DNA of 59,628 bases, filler included, from Sluysia triapertura (taxonomy: Eukaryota), in the NCBI GenBank assembly GCA_046118255.1. It is 5 parts of 5 records of this genome, joined end to end, with 100 filler letters (N's around TTAATTAATTAA, not from the genome) between each part and the next. Parts side by side here need not be neighbours in the genome. Positions count along the whole stretch, not along the records: positions 13,097 to 25,750 come from JBJNIA010091678.1; positions 25,851 to 37,100 come from JBJNIA010186780.1; 3 more parts are not named here. One strand, 5' to 3'. The notes beneath the pieces are model-generated. The model saw nothing but the letters and a program-made list of their open reading frames with translations. It ran no database searches and was not told the DNA's origin. A program made the translations under genes and the position numbers. This document shows positions 12,997 to 26,389 of this stretch, piece after piece. Positions within the stretch are counted from its first letter, which is position 1. Each line of letters begins with the position of its first letter.

Positions 12997-13096
12997 NNNN
13001 NNNNNNNNNNNNNNNNNNNNNNNNNNNNNNNNNNNNNNNNTTAATTAATTAANNNNNNNNNNNNNNNNNNNNNNNNNNNNNNNNNNNNNNNNNNNN
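12997..13096. other. Assembly gap with artificial TTAATTAATTAA linker
   Basis: N44-TTAATTAATTAA-N44. Confidence 0.98.
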
Positions 13097-13934
13097 TAAT
13101 ATTAGTGTAATATGATTAGGATGTGTTATATTTTAGGTGTTGTTATGTGTGCAAGGTGTGGCGAGAGTGTACTTTGTATTGAATATTTGTGATTGCGTTT
13201 GTTAGAGGTTGGTGAATGAGTTGGACACTACAATCGAATACGACATTCTATGGAAGATATTAGACCAATGTTTTCATTGAAGTTACAGTTATATATTTAT
13301 TACGTTGTGTTAATTTTATTTTTTTTTACACAGTAACAAATTTTGCAAGTTTATCAAATTCCTTAATTTTGCTATTGTTTTTAATTATTACAGGCCTTAA
13401 GCCCATGCTGTTAAAGATAAAAATAATACTTTTAAAACGTTGTAATTTAGTTGTAAGTTATTTAGTTAAGATAATTTTTAATAGAATTAAAAAGAAAAAT
13501 AAAAATTATTTTAGGTTTTATAAATTAAAATATTTCTTGCCGTACACACAAAAATAACCTCAAATCAAATGCAATTTAGTTAGTTCTAATATAATTTATT
13601 ACAGTTGTAAAATTTTCGCTAAAAAAGTGAAACAATAAAAAATGTTACTTTTATTATTTACGTCGTAACATTTCAATTCTGAATTGTACAGAACTAAATA
13701 AACATTATCAAATTTATATTTACAAATTTGGATTAAGTAAAAATAATTTTACTGAGCATAGCGTAAACTTTTTTTTCATTTAAACAATTAATACAAAATA
13801 ATAATTTGATATTCATTTTATAAATAAGTAATTTTTATTTAAAAATATTCATTGTGACGTTTTTCATTTTGTTTTTTTTTAATTTCGGACATTCAAGGTC
13901 ACTTTAACGACAGCATTATTTTTTAATTATTTAT

Positions 13935-14595
<661 letters not shown>

Positions 14596-14879
14596 TAATT
14601 TATAATTAACTCTAATTTTTAACGCTATTATTCACTAAAATAATTAATATTTTATGTCTAGGTTTTTTATTACATAATATTATCTTAATTGAAATTTTTA
14701 TAAATTATTGAGGTTGGTACCACTTGTGTCTTATATATTACATTATTATCAGAATTAGGTTTTCTAATAAAAAAATTAAATAGACTGAAAATTTTCATTA
14801 CATATTTAGATTATGAGGTTTTTGAACAAAATGCATAATTATTTAATAATTTAAATGAATATTAAGATAAATACTACAT

Positions 14880-15300
14880 ATTATTGTCATTTTCACTCTA
14901 CCAAAATTCTTACATTATGTTTGCTAGTTTTTCCAAATACATGAAAAGTTGTCTCCTCGGTAAAGCAAATGTGTTCAAGGAATGTGTGATTGCTTCCGTT
15001 TTTTGCTTAATTTTTTACCTAATTTTTTACCTCAAATTCTTTTCATTTAGGTTACTCATTCGGCTTGAGTGCGTGCAGTAATTTAATTTTATATACAGTC
15101 TTATATTTTTACGAAGGACTTTGCGTTCAATATCTTCAAGTATTCTTAGTCTTTCATTCCGAGGTTCCTGTTTCCATAAATTGCTTATGCTAGTTGTGAA
15201 TTGACTAACATTCAGGAGATATTTTTATATATTTACTTGTGTAATTTCTTTACTTAAAACCAAGAAACATTGTGATTTTGCATGCAGTGTCGTTTTACAA
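14880..15300 (-). mobile_element. Tc1/mariner-superfamily transposase remnant (rosa/DD41D-like)
   Basis: Minus-strand translation KLLHALKPNE*PK*KEF...FLEHICFTEETTFHVFGKTSKHNVRI matches the recalled LLQALKPDD..KR..F...ICFSDEATFH..G.VNKHN.RIW pattern. Confidence 0.65.
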
Positions 15301-16329
15301 GAAATTTTAAATTTAAGAAAACTTGAAATTATAATGTCTTAAATTGAAACGTTTATAATTACTCAATAATAGAAATGGAAATATTTTACCTTTAAATACT
15401 ATTCTGATTTTTTTAAATGTTTAAAGACTGCAGACCTTACGTACATTTAACTTAGCATTCAAACTAAAATGATTTAACAGTAAACAAATATATAATTGAA
15501 TTTGGGAGAACATCATAAGTAATTTAGTTTCATTAATTCGAAATTTATTTCAAATGAGATGAAAAAACTTAATGAAAATGGCAATACATCAATGAAATAT
15601 GTAAAAGCTTATTTGGAATAATTAACAATAATCAATTTGTTATATCCTACCCATAAAATGCTTGTGGTAATTAATGAAAACTGCGAAAAAGTAAGCAAAT
15701 TCAAAAGAAAGAAAATATTTAGTAGGTAAGCCGCTTGTAAGCAAAAATATAAAAATTATTTTGTTTTAGAACAATATTTTGTCAAGAACAAAATTATTGC
15801 ATTTAGAACGGAATACATTATCCGTCTGTAAGTTGATCTTTTTTCAATTTGAAGCTGTTTTTTCGTTTACCAAATTTAAAATCTCCATTGGAGTTTTGCG
15901 CAAAATGTTTCATTTTAACCTTCTAGTAGAAATTTTACAGTATAATCTCCACAAAACGAACTCCTAAAATGTAATACTTCTCTAACTTGAATAGAAATTC
16001 GATTTATGTAGATGTATATTTCTATAACTCATATCTTTTCCTCTAAAATAAAATACAGTCAACCTTCTGTAAGTTGAACTTCTTCAATTTTGAAATGTTC
16101 TCAATACTTATTTTAGATATAAAATGGAAATAATTCTTTATAAGTATAATTTATTCTTTATAATTAGACCAAATAGTAATAAATTATGTCTTGAGCGTCT
16201 AAATAAAATAAGATATTTAAGGATAAGCGACACCCGTTCCAGAGCAATTCATCAGATCGCTTATTGACGACACACGTACCTCACAAAAGTTTCGCTGCGT
16301 TTATATATGCAGTTTTTTTGATCTTTTAT

Positions 16330-16570
16330 TTTTTAATTTAATTAAAATGACTTGGATAATGGATTTGAATCAAACCAATATATTACCTATACAACAATGT
16401 TTTTTATATTGCCATTTCAATAGATTATTAAAGGTAAAATTGTCACAAATATATGAAAAACATTTACCTCAACACAATTTGAGATTAGACCTTAAATTTG
16501 CTAAAGAAGAACCGACCACTGTTTTGATTTAAGGCGTATAGAATAATGAAATACAAATAAATAATGGTTT
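16330..16570 (+). pseudogene. Possible Polinton/adintovirus major capsid protein C-terminal remnant
   Basis: LPQHNLRLDLKFAKEEPTTVLI...NNEIQI resembles the terminal beta-strands of Polinton-type MCPs; it lies directly upstream of polB remnants. Confidence 0.4.
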
Positions 16571-16679
16571 ATTTATATTATAAATGAAGTAAGTTTATTT
16601 TTACTAAAATATACCTAGTTACGAACAATTTCAGTTTAATAATGCAAATCAGGTTATTGCGTTGAAAACCAGCAACTAA

Positions 16680-19600
16680 GATTTTGTCAAGATCATGACC
16701 ATTTTAGCGGTTAGTATTTTAGTGCAACTTGCAATAAATGTAATTTAAGTAGAAAAAAACGTTCGACTTTACCTGTAGTATTTCATAATATGTAAATGGC
16801 ATTCATGATACATTAAAACATGCATTAGGTGAATTAATGAATTGGGAAATAACTTGCAAGCCTTATTTACTTATTCCAACTCAGTAAAAAATTTCAATTA
16901 AATTTGTAGATTTCAATTTTTACAAGTAGTTTGGCAAATTTAACTAGTTACTATTTTCAAATAATGTAGCAAAATCTTAAGTTTTTTTCCGTATAGTATA
17001 GCTACTTCACTTTTTGTACAACAAAATATTAAATCATTATCACGAAAGTGGAAAAAATATAAGTGGTGACGATTATAAAAAAAGCATTAAATTGTGACAA
17101 GAATTAAATTGTGATAATTTATTTGATTTCGTGATGATTTATATAGAGGGCTTAGAATTTTTTGGTATTTTTAGCAAATTATAAATTTTTATCCTTAAAA
17201 ATTTAATAACAATAAATTTTAAGCAAATTTTATTTATTCTTTTAAAAAATGTTAACAATTAATTTAAGAAAAATTTTAAGCTTAATGCAGCGATTAAAAA
17301 CTTTATTACTAACGAATCAACTAAATTAGGGAAATATTTATTCAACAAATAACTAATCAAGATGAATGAGTTAAATTGAAATGATTGAATTTCATAAGCG
17401 GCTTCAGCAGGATACGAGATGACACAAATAATATTAGGAGTGGAATTGCATGTAGTAGTGAAAGAAGATGCATTTAATTGTTCTTTTTTAAGTTGACAAA
17501 GAGTCAGTAAATGTTTTGATAATTTTTCTAATATTGTCATAACCAATTTCGTTTTTTATTATTTTGTATGATATACATGTAGTTTCGTGTTTAACCATCA
17601 TTGTATTATAAAATGATAAGAGCATTAAGAACACAATATTTGGATAAAAATTATAATAATTGAATAATGATGGATTTATTTCAAATAAAGCAGAATTCTG
17701 ATTCATTTTGTTCTTCAATTAAGTTTTAACAAAGTTTTATCGATTTTTTAAATACTTGCTGTATTTTTTAATTTTCATTAAAGTCTGGTTTATATAATTT
17801 ACTGCTAAATTCATACTTATTTGATGTAAACATGTTTCGATTATATGGCATATTTAAAATTAACAAAATTACATTAAGCACTTTTTGAATGACTATTATT
17901 AAGTAACATAATAAAAATAGATTAATATAATTCTATGCGGTTTCAGATCATTTTGATTTAAATCATTATTTTATTTCCTAAAGTATCGGTTTTTTGAATA
18001 ACTTTCAACAAAAATTAACTTCTGAAAGGCTAAAGTAGCTATGAACTATTGAATAGAGACAAAATCAATAAATGTTAATATTATCCAAAATAAAATAAAT
18101 TGATTAATTATTTGAAAAATTAATTTTATAATTATTCAAACATTCTTTTCGTGTTGCTGTAATTATGTACTAACAAGAAAACAAATAAACACAGTTAAAA
18201 TATTGGGAAAATTCCAATTTGGATGCTTACACAGGTAATAAGTTGAAATGTGAACAAAAACGAGAAAGATAATGATAACCATAAACGATAATAAATTATA
18301 AAATTTTATTATTCTAAATCGCATTTGAATAGAGCAGGTTTTCAAATTTTTTTAAATATGTTCTTGCTAATTCAATAATAGCTGTACATACTTTCTTTTT
18401 TAAAATACTTCCATTGATCACAAGTCTCGCAATAATATTTAATGTACTGCAGAGAATTAGCACTATCTAAAATAGGGTAATTCAAATCTTCGATATTTTG
18501 TTTCTTGAATTGATCGGAATCACGAAAACATGTACGCCCAAGCAATTATTGGGATTGTTTGACGGAAAAAGAAACCATCGAATAGATGAATTATGAAATG
18601 AAATAAGAACAAAGATGGAAAGATTTATACATAATTGAATAAGGATACGTACGCAAAAGAAAAATCAAACATTGTAACAATGATAATAATATTTACAACA
18701 GTAACAAATTTGATTATAACAATAATTAGAGAATTATTATAACAATTAGTATTCTTATAACAATAGTTATTATTATAGTGATAATAATTATGATAATAAT
18801 AATTGTAAAATTCAAGTAATTGTAATTGTGATTATGTTTCGAATGTATCGAGTAACTTGTTTAATAATTTATTTATGTATGCAGTGTTGATTCGTGACTG
18901 TTTGTAATTATTATAAGTTAATTTGGAGTTCACTACAGTTTACTTAAGATTAAACAAATATTTTTGAAGAATTTATGAAAACATCCATAAATGAAGATCT
19001 AGTCAACTTTTTATCATTACTTCTCTTAGAGCTTTGCAAGAAACTTAGATTTTAAAATTTTCAAGTATTATGCTTAATTTTTCACCAATCCTTTTCAACA
19101 TAGATTTTTTTCTTAAACTGCTAAATCAGCTCGCAACTAAGCTTACAAACATATCACTGATTTTTAACATTCTCTTACACAAATTCAGTTTAAAAATTCT
19201 AATTGTTTCTAAAGGCGATTTTAAGCCGTTCAAATGATTTATGAACGAATTCAATTTAAAGAATTTAATTGTTGCTAATGAGATTTAAGGACGTTCGAAT
19301 GATTTATAAATGATTTCAATTTAACGAACAATTTAATAATTACCAAATAACAAAAACATAACAATATTACATTTTTTGAAATATTATTGGATTTATTACA
19401 CAACACATGCACATATTAGTATTTATGAATATTAACACTAATTGTTAATAAATCATATATTCTTTATCAAGTAAACTAACAGTCTTTATTTCGTGTTCAA
19501 ATGGTATGTGCGTGCTATTAAAATAGATATAATGACATAGATTCTGTGATAAAAGTGTATAGCACGAATTATGAATTAATGCAACATTAAGCAAAGAACT

Positions 19601-20260
19601 CTATGAACAAAATTCAGTAAAAAGCCAACCAATAAGACCAATAAATAGAACATTGAATACATTACTGATTCGGTTCGTCATTTCTCCGACAAACTTTCTG
19701 CATAACATGGAAATTGTCATTCAAGAGTGTAACATAATGTACTCTTTAATCATGTAACTGCTTTCACATACCGCTTGAGAAGAATGATTTATTGAAATAT
19801 AGTACAATGCTGCAGAAATACCAGACACATAAAGAAGATCTGCTTCATTGCGATCAAACTTCAATATTTCATCCGTGATAATGTTGAAAAATGTTCCAAA
19901 ATGATAACACGTAATACTTTCACAACTTTTCATTTTTCTAATTGGTTTATCTCAATTTTTCTGTTATAAAAATGAAAGTCTCTACTTCTAGCAAAGTCTT
20001 CTTGCAATTATGACTTCATTAATTTGTGATCAAAATGTTATTTGTTACTATCTAGTAACACTGAATACAATAAGGCTAAAGGAGTAACTGTGAAAGAATG
20101 CTTTGAAAATTGTACTATTTATTCTGTAAATCAAACCAGAATTGGCTCCAAAAACCATCAATTATATAAAATCAAGTTAAGGAAAATTGTATTCTCTAAC
20201 AACGGCAAGAGATATTGGGTGGAGAAGAATCAAAGTATATCTTATGGATACTATTATCTT
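16680..20260 (+). mobile_element. Fragmented Polinton/Maverick (adintovirus-like) protein-primed DNA polymerase B with nested insertions
   Basis: Colinear motifs: QDHDHFSG*YFSATCNKCNL (~16688-16750), LPVVFHN (~16770), KFVDF..SSLANL (~16900), YNDIDSV (~19528, YxDTDS-like), and DFINL*SKCY...KAKGV...IGSKNHQL..IKLRKIVFS..KRY.....SISYGYY (~20010-20255). Confidence 0.75.
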
Positions 20261-22176
20261 AATAATGGCTATGATAATTTTGATGACAAATTTTATCTTT
20301 ATCATCTTCGGATTTTGATGATGATTATTAATAAATGTCTTAAATATGTAGGTTTTGTGATATTGATTTTCTGTTATTTAGTAATATTTAATAACGGTTA
20401 GCAAAATGATTGCAAGATAAGGTTGGTATCATTCGGAGATAGAGATATCTTCGAACAGTCACAGTGAATGCTGTTTAAGGTGATGGCGATTTCTTCGGAC
20501 GGTTATATAATGCATAAACGGTGTAATCGTCATTTCCACAATATTTGGTCTATATTAGAGTATGTAATCTGCCATAGGCGTAGAATCTTCGAAGACATAA
20601 TCATGGTAACCGTAGAATTATCATGGGTATGTAATATTATATATAATAAATGTATCATATATAATATATTATGTAATATCAGATATCACATTCTTCTCAG
20701 ATTAAGTGATAGCTGATCATAACTGGTGTAGTGACACGTGACTCACTTTTATGATTAATTGACAATTAAAATCGATTTTGACTACTTAAAATAAAACCCA
20801 TACAAAAACCCTAAGTTCCATTTATGTGCAAATACAATAAGATCCATGTATATATATGCAAATAAAATAAACATATACATTAAAGACTAATATTTTCCAA
20901 TTAATTAACATCAAATCCAAATTTAATGTAATACTCACTCTAACTAGTATTAGAATGAACTATATCGCAATCAGAACGATCTATATCAATCCATATTTCA
21001 AGAAATTATTTTTTTATCTTATCTTAAACAACTTGTAAAATTGAAAATTCGTACCGGATTTGCCTATAGTAGGCGGCTGAGATCCGTGAGGACGGCACCC
21101 CTATAGGATTTTTTCTCTTATTTTGTTATGCGGATCTATACCACTATAGTCCAATTCTTTTCTGTCAAATACGTATGCTTAACTGCTTAACAAATCAATG
21201 AAAAAACTCTTAAAGATATTACTATTCCTAGTTTTTCAATCTAAGTTATGAGATTTAAAATTTCTTTATATTCTTTAATCTAAATTAACTATTTAACTAA
21301 ATTAACTAAATTAAAAAACTACAATCTTATACTCAACTATAAATTTCTCTACTTTAACTATTTGGAACTACTTATTATCCTATAAGTTATTTACAAAGTT
21401 AATTAAATTTACATTGGTGTTTATATTATTATACTTTGATGTGTCTTATTTTGTTCATATATCAATAATCTACTATGAAGGTATATTCACAAATTAAAAA
21501 TGTTAACACATCTTCTACCAATTCCCCACTAACCCTTTTTTTAATTCAACGTTCTCAATTTCTTATTTCCTCACCTTTTACAATTTCTCCTTATGAGAAA
21601 TTTTAGAGAGCTAAAAGTTGTACCTAATTTTTTAACTCTGGTTTATAATGAAGTTATTCCTCAGCTCTAATGGAATCTGACATTGTCCATGATACTTGGT
21701 TTACATTTTTATTGAAGGAAAATAATATTTAACAAAAACATTCAGCATTTCCTCATTATTAAAAATATAATATAAACTCAATCTTTACATACAATTCGAT
21801 CAAATTTAATGTAATGATAATTATTATAAGTTACAGGAGAATTTAGCTTTACTTAAATAAGGGAAAACTTACGATATCGAATCGTTACCAAAATCTGTTA
21901 AACTCTTTAGCCTTCTTTTATTACCAAATCTGGAATTATGTAACAGTTCTTTGGTAATTCCTCCAACGGCGATGCAAAATGACAATCCCTTATCTGTTGG
22001 TTGTCAAATACTGGTTTGAAATTTGATTCCTTTTTACTTGAAAATTTCTTTCAATTTATCTCAGTGAATGTTGTTTTGCGTATTACTCTTTATTAATCTG
22101 TTATTGTTCTGAATACTATTAATCAATGAGTGTGAATAATTATTAATGAACATTTTGCTCTAAATCATTTCTATTA

Positions 22177-22177
<1 letters not shown>

Positions 22178-22245
<68 letters not shown>
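22178..22245 (+). repeat. (TTA)n microsatellite
   Basis: Direct observation. Confidence 0.95.
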
Positions 22246-22248
<3 letters not shown>

Positions 22249-23313
22249 TAGAAATAATTATTATTATTAGAAAAAATTATAAGAATCTAAAAATAATAAT
22301 TATTAAAATAATATAAAAATAAAATAAATAAGCGCACACTGTGAGTCATTAATTCCACAGCAATTATATATTCGGTTCTATGTAATGTTAATCGAGAAAA
22401 TATTTATTGAACAACTTTACTGTATACTAAAAACAGTATTATATGTGCAATTTCAATTCGCAGTTGAATGCATATATATTATAGTAATTAATAGTAATAT
22501 GTTCATAATAAGGCTATCTGAATATCAAACTAATATTATAAAAACAAATTGGTCAAACGATAGAAACTAAATGTATGTGGAAGTTAGAGTAAAAGTTTTT
22601 ATAGAGTGAAATTATTAGATTGTAAAAAAATTAGCAGAAGTAAATGCGATATACGGAGATGTTTTTTTTATAGATTGAATAAATTTATGATTTGAAATAA
22701 TTGTACGGCAATTTCATTTAAAATAATTTTATAAATATTTATTGAAATAATTTAGTTTACAATAATCATTAATATAGGGCACGAAAGCTTCTTTTGTGAC
22801 TGTAATTGTTACAATCGCTTTTATTTACGAAACAAAAGGCAGAATTTAAACTTAGGATTAACTTAAGGATAAAGTGAAGCACATCCGAGACAAGTAATTT
22901 TCAAATTCCAGACACAATAAAAAATAATTGAATAATAATCTATATCAATTAAATAAAAGAAATTTTAAATTATAACATCGTTTACAATTATTATTATTAT
23001 TATTATTTAGGTCGTTTCGTCCCCTGACGATATTAGCAAGCTAAGTTCGCGCGGATACTTCTATATACTTATTCTTTTTCAGTTTCGATAACTAAGCTTT
23101 ATTTTTAGATCCAGAAAAGGTCGTCTGTAAAAGATAGATCGTATAGACAGTTCTAATTCATAATCTAATACTAAATTTTTTTCCATGGTTATTTTAGAAG
23201 CTTCTTATTTAGGGGTTTTCTTGTGCAATAGAAAATCTAATGATTTTAATTTTTTTGTGATCTTTAAGGATTTAATGAACTGTATGAAATTAATTGTTTA
23301 ATTTTTGTCTAAG

Positions 23314-24060
23314 TGTGGTGGTTCAATCATTCATCACGATTATATTATATCATCTACACCACTTACAAATACAAAAACTTCATTTCAAACACATAAAATA
23401 ACGTACTTCACATATTCCTTCACATAACATCACACCGATTTCCATACCTGCATTATCAAACACCAACATTTAAAATAGTGAATTTATAAAATTCCCAAAT
23501 AACTGTCATCATTACCAAACATTAACTTCTGAAATATTAAAATTATAAAACTAATAATCAAAATCAAATCATTACTTCAATATATTAATGTTATTACATT
23601 TTAAATTTTCTAAACAACACAATCGCGACCGTCATCACATCGTAATCCTTCTATTATCTTTATGTTTTATTTTCATTTGTTGTGTATACTTTATAATCTG
23701 TTTCATACATTGTTTCATATGTCAGATTGGACAATATTCATGTTGGAAATGTGATGTACAAGAATAATTAGAAGATTCAATAGCTATTGATGTAGGTAGT
23801 GGAACTAGTATTTAAAGCCTTTATTTTATTATTTTTATGATTTTTATTATGGAAATATATGAAGATTTTTGTTTGAAAGACATTTGAAATGTAGAAATAA
23901 AGTATATCCAGTTAATCTTTATGTTACACAACAGAAATTTGTAATAAGAAAAGAAATTATTAGTAGTTTAAAAAAAGAAAAATAATAACTGTTTTAATGT
24001 GTCAAGAATAAAAATTATTATAAAAAGTATAAAGATACTAAAATTAGAATTGAAGAAAGT
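23314..24060 (+). mobile_element. TGTGGTG-terminated element with C/A-rich leader followed by a possible retropepsin remnant
   Basis: TGTGGTGGTTCAATC terminus, ~350 bp C/A-skewed leader, then DSIAIDVGSGTSI (~23773-23812) and YPVNLYVTQQKFVIRKEII. Confidence 0.4.
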
Positions 24061-25750
24061 TATTCAATTAAAAAGAAATTTTGAAAAATCAAATTGGAAT
24101 TTTACATAGTGATCACCATGGTACTCAGGCTCAGTGAAGAAACTATATTCACATTTTATATCAAAGTAACATTTTAGATTATATTCACATTTTAAATAGC
24201 GTTTACATTCTAAATCATATTTATGTTTTAAATTATGTTTACGTATTGAATCATTTCGACAGTTTATCTTATCCCGACAGCTCTTATCCCGATACATTCA
24301 ATACTCCTGTATTGACTACCCCGGTACATTGACGTGCTGTCGCTGTTCAACTACAATACTACCCCGTAGGTTCACCAGCTTCCCATGTTGATCAACAATA
24401 ATTATCGCGATACGCACATGCGTCTCATGAATACGTTTTTGTTTATATATTCCGCAGTAGGCCACGTGTGGACGTTTATTTACATTGTACCAGAATCTAC
24501 TTGGGTTAGCATTTTTGTCGGGACATTTATTTATTTATTCGTATGGCTTTTTTGTTATTGTTGGTAATAACATTTACTTGCTGACTTTGTGAAGATTGTA
24601 GTGTTGCCTTATATATTGCCTGATTCAAAATTTATCATACACAATTAAATTTTGAATTTTTATATTGTACTTCAGTGTTTACAGTATATTTTTAATAATA
24701 TATTTACGGTCTTAATTGTATTTATAAGTAATTATTTTACGGAAAACATTGTTTCCAATATCCAATTATACGTTAATAAATTAAAATGTAAAAAATTAGA
24801 CATTTTTTGTAAGTTTTTTCCTATTTTATTAGTCGCGCAAAGGGTTAAGTCAGACTACTGTTTTTCATCTATACCATCATGATATTGCAGTGTGTTTGAA
24901 TCTGGTATGCGGAAGTATTCGACAGACAAAAGTTACCCGCCGCAGTATGAAATTTACCAGTGTGGTACTGGCTTACTATGCAGGATTCCGATCCGCTCCG
25001 AGGCATATAGTGTGTTAGATTGTTCATGTAATGATTTCTTGGTTCAAATGTGATACATGAACATAGTTATAAGCCCTCTTATCTATTCATTTATGTATAA
25101 TAAAATTAAAAGTAATTATTATTTTAATTTAAATGATTTAAAGTATAAAATTTGTAATGAGACATTTAAATACCTTAAACACAAAAATAATGTTTTCCAT
25201 AATGAATATAACAGTAAAGTTTTTGATAACGAAGATAATAAACGATTAATAGATAAATATGGTGGATAAGTCTGTACCATAAGTTATTAAGTAATATTAC
25301 ACGCACCGTTTTAGAGGTAATTTAGTAAATTTAATATATAAATTTAAAGTTTTGGTTTGATTTGAGGGCTTATAATTAGTGTGTAGCTTTAAGTTTGGAC
25401 CTAATCTAGAAGGTATATTCTTATATAATAAATCCTTAAGATAATCTCGTGTTTCATAAGTTAGATCATGTCTGTCTAGATCGTTCATACTCATAGGTGG
25501 AATCAAACTTGAAGTCAAGATTGTTTTATCAAGTATTATGATATATTTACATCCGTTCAGAACTTTTATAGGGTTGCCTAAATTTATCATTGTTGTAAAA
25601 CGATTTCATAATTAGATTAACACCTAGTTTATTTCTATACATTATGTCTGAACATAAACACAATATCTCACTATTTAAATAATAAATTATAAGTGCAAAA
25701 CTCTTGATGTAATACTTTATTAGATAATTGAATTTAAAAAATTGAACACT

Positions 25751-25850
25751 NNNNNNNNNNNNNNNNNNNNNNNNNNNNNNNNNNNNNNNNNNNNTTAATT
25801 AATTAANNNNNNNNNNNNNNNNNNNNNNNNNNNNNNNNNNNNNNNNNNNN
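25751..25850. other. Assembly gap with artificial linker
   Basis: N44-TTAATTAATTAA-N44. Confidence 0.98.
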
Positions 25851-26389
25851 TTATTTATATGTCAAGAAAAGTAAAAGATAAAGAACAGATCATGTGAGAG
25901 TTAAAGACATTTATGCGTTTTAAATTACATAATAATAGTAATAACAATGATTTCGCCATTTTTATTATTATTAATATTGTTATTATTATTATTATCATCA
26001 TCATTATTACTATTGTCATTATTCTTATTTTCTGCATGCCTGAAAAATAAATTAAATTAAAAATATAACTTAAAAATAGTTGATTAGACTGGTTGCTGCC
26101 ATTATCAGCGCTGACGGCCTATGTCACATAAACATTGAGCTGTCAGCCCTGATGATGGTCGGCCACCAACTGTTGTTTTTAATCGTGTGTACCTTGCTGA
26201 ATGTCGCCCAATCACATTGCACTATAACTCAATTCTTAATAAATGATGTCTACACTGTGATTGGGCGAGAGTAAAAATAGAAACAAAAATAACAATCAGA
26301 AATCACAATTAACAATTTAACGAATTTTATGAGTACAATCAGAAGTTAAGGCTATTTAAATTTTACTTCAATCCTTCTACACGTTAAAA

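Noticed and set aside
17259-17718. Overlapping minus-strand ORFs inside the Polinton region
   Set aside because: No recognisable motif on either strand; cannot be assigned.
19721-19933. Minus-strand ORF with SSQAVCESS, faintly like a hAT dimerisation motif
   Set aside because: Similarity is too short to call; treated as an unidentified insertion within the polB remnant.
23008-23060. Hammerhead-like CTGACGA followed by a hairpin
   Set aside because: The required GAAA core after stem II is absent and neither strand gives a complete hammerhead.
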